DNA from: an uncultured Chloroflexia bacterium
GTDB taxonomy: Bacteria; Chloroflexota; Limnocylindria; Limnocylindrales; CSP1-4
Length of the DNA: 64,000 bases
Direction: 5' to 3'
NCBI GenBank assembly: GCA_963734535.1
Contig: CAVTHS010000002.1
Span: forward strand, 32,001-96,000
The position numbers and the translations under genes were made by a program. This document shows, in pieces, positions 8,178 through 19,267 of this stretch (its first letter is position 1; every line of letters starts with the position of its first letter). Below the pieces are notes generated by a model. It was not told the origin of the DNA and did no database searches. It saw only the letters and a program-made list of their open reading frames with translations.

Positions 8178-10171
8178 GGCACGCGAAAACGATGCCGCTC
8201 CAGGGTCCGGGGGCCGCCCATGCCACGCCCATCATCGCGCTGGTCGGCCGGCCCAACGTCGGCAAGTCGACCTTCCTCGCGCGGGCCAGCGGCCGATTCG
8301 CCGAGTCGGCCAACGTGCCCGGGACGACGGTCGGCACCGAGGCACGGCCAGTGGTCACGGCTGCCGGGCCGGCGATCCTGGTGGATCTCCCCGGCACGCT
8401 CGCGCTCGACGATCGCCCGGCGGGGGATGCGCCGTTCTGGCAGCTCCTCCTCGACGCGGCACCGGATGCCGTGCTGGTTGTCGCCGACGCAGGCAACCTG
8501 TCGCGCCATCTGCCGCTCGCCCTTGCCTGCCGGGACCTGGGCCTCCCGATCGTCCTGGCCGCGAACCTCTCCGACGAGGCGTCCGCGCGCGGCGTCGAGA
8601 TCGACGGCGGGGCACTGGCCCAGCTGCTGGTTGCTCCGGTTCATGGGACGGTGGGCCGAGACGGGACCGGGGTCTCGGCCGCACTCGAGGATGCCGTCCG
8701 GCGCGGTCGCCAGCGCGTGGCGGTCCGGGATGCTGGTGCGTCGCCGCGGGCCACCATCCCCGCAGCCGTCTACCCGCCGTCGGTCGAGGGGCGCCTGGCA
8801 TCCGAGACCGACCATCACCGGATCAGCCCATCCCTGGGAGCCGCGGCCGCGCCCGCGGCTCCGCTGGCACGCTTCGTCGCCGACGGCCGCGTCTCGCCGC
8901 GCGGGGCCGCGACGATCGCGCTGGCCGATCTCCTTGCGCCGCATCGGCGCGCCACGGCCGACGCGTGGGCCGAACGCGTGGAGCGGCGACGCGCCGTCGC
9001 GCCGGCCCTCGCGGAACGGATCGCGGCGGCGAGCGTGCGGCCGTCGACGGGGATCCCACTCCTGGTCGGTGTGCTCGCGGCGACCTTCGCCCTCGTGATG
9101 GTCGGGGGTGGGGCGGCTGCCGCCGCGCTCGGCACGGCCTGGAACGCCTGGGCGTCACCGACGATCCACGCGGTCGTGGGCACGCTTGTGCCCGTGCCCT
9201 GGCTGGCCAGCGCGCTCCTCTGGGCGCTCGACGCGGGCCTCCTTGCCATGCTCTCGGTGGGCCTCCCGTACGTCCTGGCGTTCTACGTCGTGATCGCCGC
9301 GCTCGAGGATTCGGGCTACCTCGCGAGCGTCACGGTGCTCGCGGACCGCGTCCTGGGCGCGGTCGGACTGCCGGGCAGGGCGGCGATCCCGCTCCTCGTG
9401 GCGACCGGCTGCAACGTGCCAGCGATCTACGCGACGCGAGTGCTCGCAACCCGGCGCGAACGCGTCATCGCCGCGTTCCTGGCCACGCTCACCCCGTGCT
9501 CGGCGCGATCGGCGGTCGTGATCGCGGCGCTGGTCCCGTTCGCGGGGCCCCTGGTTGCGATCGCGGCGTTCGGGCTCGTGAGCGCGCTCACCGTGGCGGC
9601 CGGAATCGGTGCGAATGCGCTGCTGCCGGGCCGGCAGTCACCCCTCGTGCTCGAGCTGCCGCCCTTCCGACGGCCGCTCCTGCGAAGCGTGACCGCCAAG
9701 GCGTGGTTCCGTTTCCGCGACTTCGTGCGCACGGCAACGCCGCTCATGCTGGTCGGGTTGTTCGTGCTGGGCCTGGCCTTCGAGACCGGCGCCGTCCACG
9801 CCTTCAGCGGGGTCGTGGCGCCGCTCGTCCACGGCTGGCTGGGGCTTCCGGCCGTGGCCGGCATCGCGCTTGCGTTCTCCTTCCTGCGCAAGGAGCTGGC
9901 GCTCCAGCTGCTCCTGGTCCTCGCCGCTGCCGAGGCCGCGGGGACCGCCGTCGCGGCCGCGGGCGCGCCGATCGCCCTCAACGCTCTGATGACGCCGTCC
10001 CAGCTCTTCGTCTACGCCATCGTCGCGTCCGTCTCGCTCCCGTGCGTGGCGACCTTCGCGGCGCTCGCCGGCGAGCTCGGCCGGCGGACCGCGGTCCTGA
10101 TGAGCGTGGCATCGATCGCCCTGGCGGTTGCCGCAGGCGGCGTGCTGGCCCGGGTGGTCGGGATCGCCTGA
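8174..10171 (+). CDS. feoB: Ferrous iron transport protein B
   Basis: GRPNVGKST, NVPGTTV, DLPG G-domain; LEDSGY, GCNVPA, PCSAR, ELPPF, LRKE, PCVAT membrane motifs. Confidence 0.96.
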   Translation: MRHAKTMPLQGPGAAHATPIIALVGRPNVGKSTFLARASGRFAESANVPGTTVGTEARPVVTAAGPAILVDLPGTLALDDRPAGDAPFWQLLLDAAPDAVLVVADAGNLSRHLPLALACRDLGLPIVLAANLSDEASARGVEIDGGALAQLLVAPVHGTVGRDGTGVSAALEDAVRRGRQRVAVRDAGASPRATIPAAVYPPSVEGRLASETDHHRISPSLGAAAAPAAPLARFVADGRVSPRGAATIALADLLAPHRRATADAWAERVERRRAVAPALAERIAAASVRPSTGIPLLVGVLAATFALVMVGGGAAAAALGTAWNAWASPTIHAVVGTLVPVPWLASALLWALDAGLLAMLSVGLPYVLAFYVVIAALEDSGYLASVTVLADRVLGAVGLPGRAAIPLLVATGCNVPAIYATRVLATRRERVIAAFLATLTPCSARSAVVIAALVPFAGPLVAIAAFGLVSALTVAAGIGANALLPGRQSPLVLELPPFRRPLLRSVTAKAWFRFRDFVRTATPLMLVGLFVLGLAFETGAVHAFSGVVAPLVHGWLGLPAVAGIALAFSFLRKELALQLLLVLAAAEAAGTAVAAAGAPIALNALMTPSQLFVYAIVASVSLPCVATFAALAGELGRRTAVLMSVASIALAVAAGGVLARVVGIA

Positions 10172-10175
10172 CCGG

Positions 10176-11513
10176 TCAGCCCTTGCGGCCGCGCTTGAGC
10201 TCGGCCACGTCGAACGCTGCGGTCGCCGACGACCAGTTCGGGGAGACCTCCACGCGCGTCGCGAGGACGAGCCGCGTCATGCCAGAGACCGTGAAGAGCA
10301 GCGCGAACGCGGGGTAGCCGAGTGGCAGGAGCGCGAGAAGGATGCCCGACGAGGTCTGCCCGATCGTCAGGCCCGCCGCGCTCATGGCCACGAACGCTCC
10401 CTGGGCGCCGATCAGGTCGACGCCGCCGGTCAGGCGGAGGAGCCGCTCGTTCGCTGCGAGCGAGCCGGCCGAGGCACCGGACGACGCCATCGCGGCCACC
10501 ACGCAGAGGACGAGCCAGGCGACGGGGTTCCCGGGGAACGCGAGCAGGCCGACGATCATCGACCCGCCGCGCAGGACGAACGACAGGCGCAGGGTTCGTG
10601 ACGCGGAGCCGCGGTTGAGCCACCCGCCGACCACGGTTGCGGCGACGAGCGAGGCTGCCGACCCGATCGCGGAGAGCAGGATCGCGAAGCCCGGCGGCAG
10701 GTGCAGGACGCTGATGCTGTAGATCGAGAGATACGGGCCCATGCCGGCGCCGAACGCGGCGATCGCCACGGCGCGGATGAACCGGTTCGTCTCGGGGCTG
10801 CGCGGCGGCGCCTCACCGCGGGGCGCAACGCGAACCCGGCCCGGGCGGCGGAGGCGCCGCACGACGGCGAGCTCCACGATCCCGAAGACCCCCGCGATCC
10901 CGAAGATGCATGCGTAGACGAGGAGGCCGATCGCGCTCAGCCCTGCCTGGACGATGAGCGCCACGGGCAGCAGCAGCATTGCGCCCAGGCCCTGGGTGAT
11001 GCCCATGACGCGCGGTGCCACGAACCGCCGCTCGCCCTCCGGGAGGATCGCTCCGTACCACGCGAGGAGGTTGGCGCCGCCGATCGCGGAGGCGGCTCCG
11101 GCGAGGCTCATCACGGCGGCGATCGCGACGATCGCCACGGGCGATCCGATGAGATGGAGCTCATGGAGGACCACGACCGCGGCGAACACGAAGCCGCGCG
11201 TCTCGCCGACGGCGAGGATGCCGAGCGTCACGAGGCGGAGGTTGCCGTCCGTGCGCCGCAGGAGCGACGGGACCAACAGCTGGGCGGCGCTCACGGCGAA
11301 GGGGAGGACGCCGATGACGGTCGCCGCCGCCGCGGGCGTTCCGAGCGCCAGCAGGAGCGGGATCGTCAGGCCGTCCCCGGCCAGCGCGAAGACCGCCGCC
11401 GCGGTACCGCCGATCCCCTGGAAGGTCCGATACCGCGGCGCGCCGAACGCCCGCCACTCGTCGACCGAGGTGCGTGCGCCCGCGGGCACGCCGAGCCGGT
11501 TGAACGCCGGCAT
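10176..11513 (-). CDS. MFS transporter
   Basis: About 12 hydrophobic segments in a two-half MFS layout. Confidence 0.75.
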   Translation of the reverse strand: MPAFNRLGVPAGARTSVDEWRAFGAPRYRTFQGIGGTAAAVFALAGDGLTIPLLLALGTPAAAATVIGVLPFAVSAAQLLVPSLLRRTDGNLRLVTLGILAVGETRGFVFAAVVVLHELHLIGSPVAIVAIAAVMSLAGAASAIGGANLLAWYGAILPEGERRFVAPRVMGITQGLGAMLLLPVALIVQAGLSAIGLLVYACIFGIAGVFGIVELAVVRRLRRPGRVRVAPRGEAPPRSPETNRFIRAVAIAAFGAGMGPYLSIYSISVLHLPPGFAILLSAIGSAASLVAATVVGGWLNRGSASRTLRLSFVLRGGSMIVGLLAFPGNPVAWLVLCVVAAMASSGASAGSLAANERLLRLTGGVDLIGAQGAFVAMSAAGLTIGQTSSGILLALLPLGYPAFALLFTVSGMTRLVLATRVEVSPNWSSATAAFDVAELKRGRKG

Positions 11514-11678
11514 CGAGCGCCGCCGGATTCGTTCGCGAAGGTGGAGGCTTCGCCGGCCGCGATGCGGCAGGTGGGCTCGCGGACGGCTGGCTCGGGGCAC
11601 GGCCCCAATGGTAGCGGGGGAGCCGGCGGGTCCCGGGCGCGGGCGAGTCCCTGGGAGTGGCTCGGGTCCGCCGAACGG

Positions 11679-12104
11679 TCAGTCGAGCGTGATCGTCAGG
11701 CCGCTGTCGTCCTCGTCCCGGATGTCGACGATGGGACCGCGGAGGCCGGTCCGGATCGCCTCGCGGACGCGATCTGCATAGCCCGTCGGGATCCCCGGGA
11801 GCGAGCCGGCGAGGCCGGCGAGAACCCCGGGCACCTGCAGGTCCACGACAACGCGCCCGTTCTCGCGGACCTGGACGCGGATCCGGTTCGGCGTGCTCGA
11901 CGTGGAAGGACCCGACGGGCCGGACGAGCCCGACCGGCTGGCCTTTCCTCCGGCCGGGTGCGCGCCGGGAGCGCCCGGCCCCGACGTCGATCCTCGCGAC
12001 GCTCGATCCGCCGTAGCGAGGGCGTCGAGGATCGGGGCCGCTTCCCCGGGTGTGAGCCGGCCGTCCGCGACGAGTCGCAGGATGTCGTCGACGGCGTCAC
12101 CCAT
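11679..12104 (-). CDS. SHOCT-like domain protein (third gene of DUF2089 operon)
   Basis: ILRLVADGRLTPGEAAPILDAL N-terminus; RIRVQV..VDLQVP..IVDIRDE..LTITLD C-terminus. Confidence 0.75.
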   Translation of the reverse strand: MGDAVDDILRLVADGRLTPGEAAPILDALATADRASRGSTSGPGAPGAHPAGGKASRSGSSGPSGPSTSSTPNRIRVQVRENGRVVVDLQVPGVLAGLAGSLPGIPTGYADRVREAIRTGLRGPIVDIRDEDDSGLTITLD

Positions 12105-13155
12105 CGCGCTTCCCGGTGCCGAGTCGGCGCTCGGCCTCGGCGACGTCGATCTCGCCGCGGGCGAGCGCCTCGAGGACGGCCAGGGTCTCGGCCGGGTCCG
12201 GCGGCGTCGGTTCCGCTTCGGCGCCCCGGAAAGCCGGGATCGGCGGCGTCGGCGGACGCGCCGGCGCCAGGGGGAATGGCGGTGTCGCGGGGCGCGGCAG
12301 CGCGTCGTGCGCGGATGCGTTCGCCGCGCCGCTCCGCCCTGGGCGGACCCTTCCGGCCCGCACCTCGACGTCGCCCGAGAGCGTCCGGACCGAGAGCCGG
12401 GCAGCACCGTCGCCGATGACCATGGGATCCCGTCGCCCGTTCCCCGCGCGCCGGTCGGGGTGCGCGCAATCCACGTCGCCCGAGACGGTGCGGACCTCGA
12501 TCGTCACGCCACCGTCCACCGCCAGGTCGATGTCGCCGGAGGTGGTGTTGACGACGTGATCCCCGGCGGGCGCGAAGCTGCTCGCGATCTCCACGTCGCC
12601 GCTCACGGTGGTGATGTTCGTCCGCTCGGTCCGCGGCGCGTCGATCTCCACGTCGCCGCTGACGGTTCGGACGGTCGCCGCGATGGGGGCGGTGGCGACG
12701 ACCTTGAGGTTTCCCGATGCGCCCTCCATGCGGAGCTCACCGCCGCCGCCGCGCAGCGAGACGTCGCCGCTGGCCGTCCGGACGGCAGCCGAGCCGGTCA
12801 CGTCGCGCACGCTCACGTCGCCCGAGCTGGCGCTGATCTCCAGGCGTGCGTCGCGCGGCACCTCCAGCTCCACGGTGCCCCCGCCCACGTCGAGCCCGAA
12901 GAGCCCGAGGCTGCCGAGGCGGAAGCCGAAGCCGCGCCCCCGGATGACCCGCCCCAGGTGGATCCCGTAGCTCCCCGGCCCGGTCGTGACCTCGATCGCG
13001 GGATGATCGGCCGCCGGGGCAACCAGGCGCACGAGCGTGCCGTCCACGCCGCGCACGCGGACGTCGTTCGAGCCCACGCCGACGACCACCAATCCGCGCG
13101 GCCCGATGTCGTGCTCGCGGACCAGCGGGCCGGCCGCGAGGTCTTCGTCGTGCAT
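12097..13155 (-). CDS. DUF4097 beta-strand-repeat protein with C-terminal SHOCT-like helix
   Basis: Repeated (T/S)xSGDV units; ends VLEALARGEIDVAEAERRL. Confidence 0.88.
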   Translation of the reverse strand: MHDEDLAAGPLVREHDIGPRGLVVVGVGSNDVRVRGVDGTLVRLVAPAADHPAIEVTTGPGSYGIHLGRVIRGRGFGFRLGSLGLFGLDVGGGTVELEVPRDARLEISASSGDVSVRDVTGSAAVRTASGDVSLRGGGGELRMEGASGNLKVVATAPIAATVRTVSGDVEIDAPRTERTNITTVSGDVEIASSFAPAGDHVVNTTSGDIDLAVDGGVTIEVRTVSGDVDCAHPDRRAGNGRRDPMVIGDGAARLSVRTLSGDVEVRAGRVRPGRSGAANASAHDALPRPATPPFPLAPARPPTPPIPAFRGAEAEPTPPDPAETLAVLEALARGEIDVAEAERRLGTGKRDG

Positions 13156-13158
13156 CGG

Positions 13159-13605
13159 TCAGCCTCCCAGGGCTCGCAGCTCGGCAGCGGCCGAGGCGGC
13201 GTCGATCTCGCGTCGCGCGAGCCGTTCGAGGACCTCGCGCCGGGCAGCGGCGATGTCCACGGCCGCGGAGGCTGCCTCGGAACTTCCGCCCTGTCCAGCC
13301 GCGTCGGATTCGACCGGCTCGTCATCGATCATCGTGTCATCGGCGAGCCCGAGCGCACGCAGGAGTGCCTCGACGCGCGCCCGCACGGTCGGGTAGGAGA
13401 TGCCGAGCTCGCGTTCCATCTCCTTGAGGTTGCCCTTCGAGCGGAGGAAGCTCTCCAGCAGGGCGAACTGCTCTCGTGACAGCCGCGCGAAACGTCCGAC
13501 GTTGAAGTCTCCCTCGAGCGTGGTTGCGCACGAGCGGCAGTGGAGCCGGGTCACCGCCAGCTCCCCGCCGCAGATGGGACAGGTCGCGATGGCGTCGTGG
13601 GGCAT
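13159..13605 (-). CDS. DUF2089 protein (Zn ribbon + HTH + SHOCT-like tail)
   Basis: CPICG..CRSC..GNLKEMERELGISYPTVRAR signature. Confidence 0.93.
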   Translation of the reverse strand: MPHDAIATCPICGGELAVTRLHCRSCATTLEGDFNVGRFARLSREQFALLESFLRSKGNLKEMERELGISYPTVRARVEALLRALGLADDTMIDDEPVESDAAGQGGSSEAASAAVDIAAARREVLERLARREIDAASAAAELRALGG

Positions 13606-13748
13606 CAGGGCCGCTCCTTTCGCGGGCGCGGCTCCGGCCGGACGCAGCCGTCGATCCGCCGTCGCTCGGCGGCGGTCGATCGGTCGGCCATCTCCCGGCG
13701 GATCTCGCTCGAGCCCAGGCGGGGGAAGAGGATCCGGTATTCGTACAT
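13605..13748 (-). CDS. Putative 47-aa micro-ORF coupled to DUF2089
   Basis: GGGAG RBS then ATG (MYEYRILFPRL...); stop overlaps the DUF2089 start (TGATG). Confidence 0.5.
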   Translation of the reverse strand: MYEYRILFPRLGSSEIRREMADRSTAAERRRIDGCVRPEPRPRKERP

Positions 13749-13783
13749 CGTGTGTCTCCCGTTCGTCGCACACCGTGCGTTGC

Positions 13784-13817
13784 CTGGATATTGCTCCAGA
13801 CAATACCAGTTTGTCAA
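13784..13817 (-). promoter_or_regulatory. Sigma70-type promoter with overlapping inverted repeat
   Basis: TTGACA (13817-13812), 18 bp spacer, CAATAT; imperfect palindrome CTGGATATTG-N7-CAATACCAG in an AT-rich patch. Confidence 0.65.
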
Positions 13818-13927
13818 GCAAAGATTCCAATATAGAAAGGTCGCGATCAATCTGATCGATCGGCGGCTCGGTTGTCTCGCTGCGACCGCCGCATGCCGAT
13901 GAGCCTCGCGGACGCTACGATCCCGCC

Positions 13928-16009
<2,082 letters not shown>

Positions 16010-16132
16010 TTGATCGAGCCTCCGCGGGCCGGGCGTCGGGTTACTGCGGCCCGGGACGCGGCGCCTGCACCCGGCGGGCGTCGGGCCGCTGCGGAGGTCA
16101 GGCGCCCAGGACGCCTCGAGCCCGGTCCACGA

Positions 16133-16495
16133 TCATGACGTGCCCGCTTCGCGCGGCTCGCCCGTGGCCGTCGGCGTGGCCTGGTGGAAGCGCAGACGCC
16201 AGCGGCCCTCGCGATGAACCCAGAGCGAGGAGCGCCACGCGTGTCGAGGGGAGCCATCGGGGGAGCGCGAGGTGGTGCGGAAGGTGACCAGGATGACGCG
16301 CTCGTCGATCGGGATGGTCGTGAACGACCCGATCGTCACGTCCGCCGTGGGGGCGCGCTCGAGCAGGTCGAGCACGGTGGCCCGGTCCCAGCGCCGGCCG
16401 CTGGCCCCGAACTCCTCGAAGTCGTCGGCGAGCATGCCCGCAAGGCCACCCGGGATCGCCGCTCCGTCGCGCCGGGCGAGGGCGAGCTCGTACAC
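16133..16495 (-). CDS. DUF4440 / NTF2-like protein
   Basis: LADDFEEFGASG..RSSLW..WRLRFHQAT. Confidence 0.85.
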   Translation of the reverse strand: MYELALARRDGAAIPGGLAGMLADDFEEFGASGRRWDRATVLDLLERAPTADVTIGSFTTIPIDERVILVTFRTTSRSPDGSPRHAWRSSLWVHREGRWRLRFHQATPTATGEPREAGTS

Positions 16496-16518
16496 GAGGA
16501 GCTGATCGGCGTGCGCGG

Positions 16519-16701
16519 TCAGGGCTTCGGCGCTCCGTCCGTGCGGTCTGCGTCCCGCCGGAGCTCGTCAGCCTCCTTGCGCGCGGCCTTCACGCCCCGT
16601 CCCAGCACTCCACCCCACTTCGGGAGCATCTTCGGGCCGCGCCACACGAGCACGACCGCGAGCACGATCAGGAGGACGACGACGGTATCGAGGCCGAACA
16701 T
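16519..16701 (-). CDS. tatA: Twin-arginine translocase TatA/TatE subunit
   Basis: 60 aa. N-terminal TM, GPKMLP, amphipathic LGRGVKAARKE. Confidence 0.8.
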   Translation of the reverse strand: MFGLDTVVVLLIVLAVVLVWRGPKMLPKWGGVLGRGVKAARKEADELRRDADRTDGAPKP

Positions 16702-16970
16702 GTTCGCATGGTAGCCGAGGCGCTCGGCGGCCGTCGATAGGCGCACCCGATGCCGCGGTGTCACGAGGCGCGTTCGCCGCCGTGGCCGTCTCTCCAGGAG
16801 TGCTCGCGTCGTGGCCGCCGCTTGGGCGGTTGGCGCCAGGGTGGCCGCTCGCGTCGCCGCGGTGTCATGCTCGGCATGGAGACCGTCTGCGCGGTGGGCG
16901 GCGGCGGATGCCCGGGCCGAGGTGCCCGCCACCCCTTCGGCCCGATCATCCGCAAACGTCCCGCAGGGTG

Positions 16971-16999
16971 TTGACAAAGTAGTTAGTAACCACTATCTT
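16971..16999 (+). promoter_or_regulatory. Promoter and operator 1 of TetR gene
   Basis: TTGACA-17 bp-TATCTT; box TAGTTAGTAACCACTA at 16980-16995. Confidence 0.8.
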
Positions 17000-17005
17000 C
17001 CGCGC

Positions 17006-17590
17006 ATGACAACGACGTACCCGACGACGACCCACCGAGCGCGGGGTCCCCGCATCTCCGCGGACGAGCGGCGCGCCGAGGTCGTCGAGGCAGCGGTCGC
17101 GGCGTTCGCCGCCAACGGCTACGCCGGCACGTCGACCGAGACGATCGCGGACCTCGCGGGCGTGTCGCAGCCGTACGTCTTCCGGCTGTTCGGCAGCAAG
17201 CAGGAACTTTTCCTGGCGGCAGTCGAGCGGGCCTTCGAGCGTGTAACGCTCGCGTTCGAGGCCGCCGCGCGCACCCCGGTCGGGGAGATCCCCGGGCTGA
17301 ACCCGATCCTCGGCTCGATGGCCCTGGCGTACCACCGGCTGTTGGCCGATCGGTCGCTGCTGCGCCTCCAGCTTCACGCGTACGCGGCGTCCGGCGACCC
17401 GGTCGTGGGCGCCTTCGTCCGGCAGCGGTACGCGACCCTCGTCCATCGCGTCAGCGAACTCTCGGGCGTCCCCGCCGCCGAGCTGCGGAGCTTCTTCGCC
17501 GAGGGGATGCTGATGACCGTGGCGGCCTCGCTCGATCTCACCGACGCCGACGTCGCGTGGACCGAGATGTGCGACGGAGGGCCGGCCTAG
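17006..17590 (+). CDS. TetR/AcrR family regulator
   Basis: FAANGYAGTSTETIADLAGVSQPYVFRLFGSKQELF HTH. Confidence 0.95.
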   Translation: MTTTYPTTTHRARGPRISADERRAEVVEAAVAAFAANGYAGTSTETIADLAGVSQPYVFRLFGSKQELFLAAVERAFERVTLAFEAAARTPVGEIPGLNPILGSMALAYHRLLADRSLLRLQLHAYAASGDPVVGAFVRQRYATLVHRVSELSGVPAAELRSFFAEGMLMTVAASLDLTDADVAWTEMCDGGPA

Positions 17591-17628
17591 CGTCGAGCGT
17601 CCCGGCCCCCCTTTTTGGCTCCGTAAGA

Positions 17629-17644
17629 TAGTGAGTGCTCACTA
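17629..17644. promoter_or_regulatory. TetR operator 2 (perfect palindrome)
   Basis: TAGTGAG-TG-CTCACTA upstream of the MFS gene, similar to operator 1. Confidence 0.75.
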
Positions 17645-17675
17645 GTCACCTGCAGACATCGGAAGGGAATCCCAA

Positions 17676-19139
17676 ATGACCGCACGCCGCACCGCGCTCT
17701 GGACGTTCGTCGTCACCGCGCTCGCGCTGTTCATGACATCGCTCGACAACCTCGTCGTGACCACCGCCCTGCCGGTGATCAAGGCCGACCTCGGCGCGTC
17801 GCTGGCGCAGCTCGAGTGGACCGTCAACGCGTACACGCTTGCCTTCGCCGTCCTCCTTCTCACCGGCGCCGCGCTCGGCGATCGCTTCGGGCGAAAGCGC
17901 ATCTTCCTGGTTGGGCTCACCATCTTCACGGCCGGGTCTGCGGCAGCCGCGCTCGCTCCCACGGGCGACCTTCTCGTGATCGCGCGGGCCATCCAGGGGA
18001 TCGGCGCTGCGATCGTGACGCCGCTCACCCTGACGCTCCTCTCGGCAGCCGTTCCGCCCGAGCGACGCGGCCTGGCGCTGGGCGCCTGGGGCGGCATCTC
18101 CGGCCTCGCGATCGCGATCGGCCCGGTGGTCGGCGGCGCGATCATCCAGGGCCTCAACTGGCACTGGATCTTCTGGCTCAACGTCCCGCTCGGGGTCGTG
18201 GTCCTGGTCCTCGCCGCCCTTCGACTCACCGAGAGCCGGGGCCCGGTGACGCGCCTCGACCTGCCCGGCCTGGTGCTCGCGTCGAGCGGCCTGTTCGCCC
18301 TCGTGTGGGCCCTCGTCCACGGGAACGTCGAGGGTTGGACGAGCGCCGGGATCCTCGCCGCGTTCGCCGCCGCCGTGGTCCTCCTCGCGGGCTTCGTCCT
18401 CCGCGAGTCCCGCACGCCGGAGCCGATGCTGCCGCTCCGCTTCTTCGAGAGTCGCCAGTTCGCGACCGTCAACGTCGTCAGCTTCGTGATGTCCTTCGGG
18501 ATCTTCGGCTCGATCTTCCTGCTCGCGCAGTTCTTCCAGATCGTCCAGGGATACACGCCGCTGGATGCGGGGATCCGGACGCTCCCGTGGACGGGGATGC
18601 CGATCATCGTGGCGCCGCTCGCAGGGCTTGCGCTCAACCGCGTCGGCGGTCGAGCGCTGCTGGCCGCTGGCATGGCGCTGATGGGCGTCGGGCTGGCGTG
18701 GATCGCCGCGGTCGCGACGCCGACCGTCGAGTACACGCGGCTCGTCCCGGCATTCATCATGGCCGGGACCGGGATGTCGCTCTTCTTCGCGCCGACAGCG
18801 AGCCTGGTGCTCGGTGCGGTCCGGCGGGCCGAGGAGGGCCAGGCGTCGGGCGCCAACAACGCGATCCGCGAGATGGGCGGGGTCTTCGGCGTGGCCATCC
18901 TTGCGTCGGTCTTCTCCGCGGCCGGTGGCTACACCTCGCCGCAGGCTTTCGTCAACGGGCTCGTGCCGGCCGTCTGGCTCGGCGCGCTGGTCCTCGGGAT
19001 CGGAACGCTCGCTGCGCTCGCGATCCCGGCAAATCGGCACGCGGAGATCGAGGTCCACGCGGGCACGTCGGGAGCCGACGCTCCCGAGTCCCACGGCGGG
19101 AGCGGTCTCACCCCGGAGCCCGTCCGCATCCGCTCCTGA
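17676..19139 (+). CDS. DHA2 (EmrB/QacA) MFS efflux transporter
   Basis: LDNLVVTTALP, GDRFGRKR, RAIQGIG, GPVVGG, WHWIFWLNVP; about 14 TM. Confidence 0.95.
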   Translation: MTARRTALWTFVVTALALFMTSLDNLVVTTALPVIKADLGASLAQLEWTVNAYTLAFAVLLLTGAALGDRFGRKRIFLVGLTIFTAGSAAAALAPTGDLLVIARAIQGIGAAIVTPLTLTLLSAAVPPERRGLALGAWGGISGLAIAIGPVVGGAIIQGLNWHWIFWLNVPLGVVVLVLAALRLTESRGPVTRLDLPGLVLASSGLFALVWALVHGNVEGWTSAGILAAFAAAVVLLAGFVLRESRTPEPMLPLRFFESRQFATVNVVSFVMSFGIFGSIFLLAQFFQIVQGYTPLDAGIRTLPWTGMPIIVAPLAGLALNRVGGRALLAAGMALMGVGLAWIAAVATPTVEYTRLVPAFIMAGTGMSLFFAPTASLVLGAVRRAEEGQASGANNAIREMGGVFGVAILASVFSAAGGYTSPQAFVNGLVPAVWLGALVLGIGTLAALAIPANRHAEIEVHAGTSGADAPESHGGSGLTPEPVRIRS

Positions 19140-19163
19140 CGAACGGAACCGGCCGAATCGACT

Positions 19164-19215
19164 CCCGCGCCGACCCCGCCGAGGCGTACCCTCGTCGCGC
19201 CGGGGTCGGCGCGGG
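19164..19215 (+). terminator. GC-rich stem-loop after MFS gene
   Basis: CCCGCGCCGACCCCG / CGGGGTCGGCGCGGG 15-bp perfect arms; no U-tract. Confidence 0.5.
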
Positions 19216-19267
19216 CCGCTTGCCGCTCTTCGCGGAGCCGCGCCACTGGCAGGAGGTCGAGGTGGGC

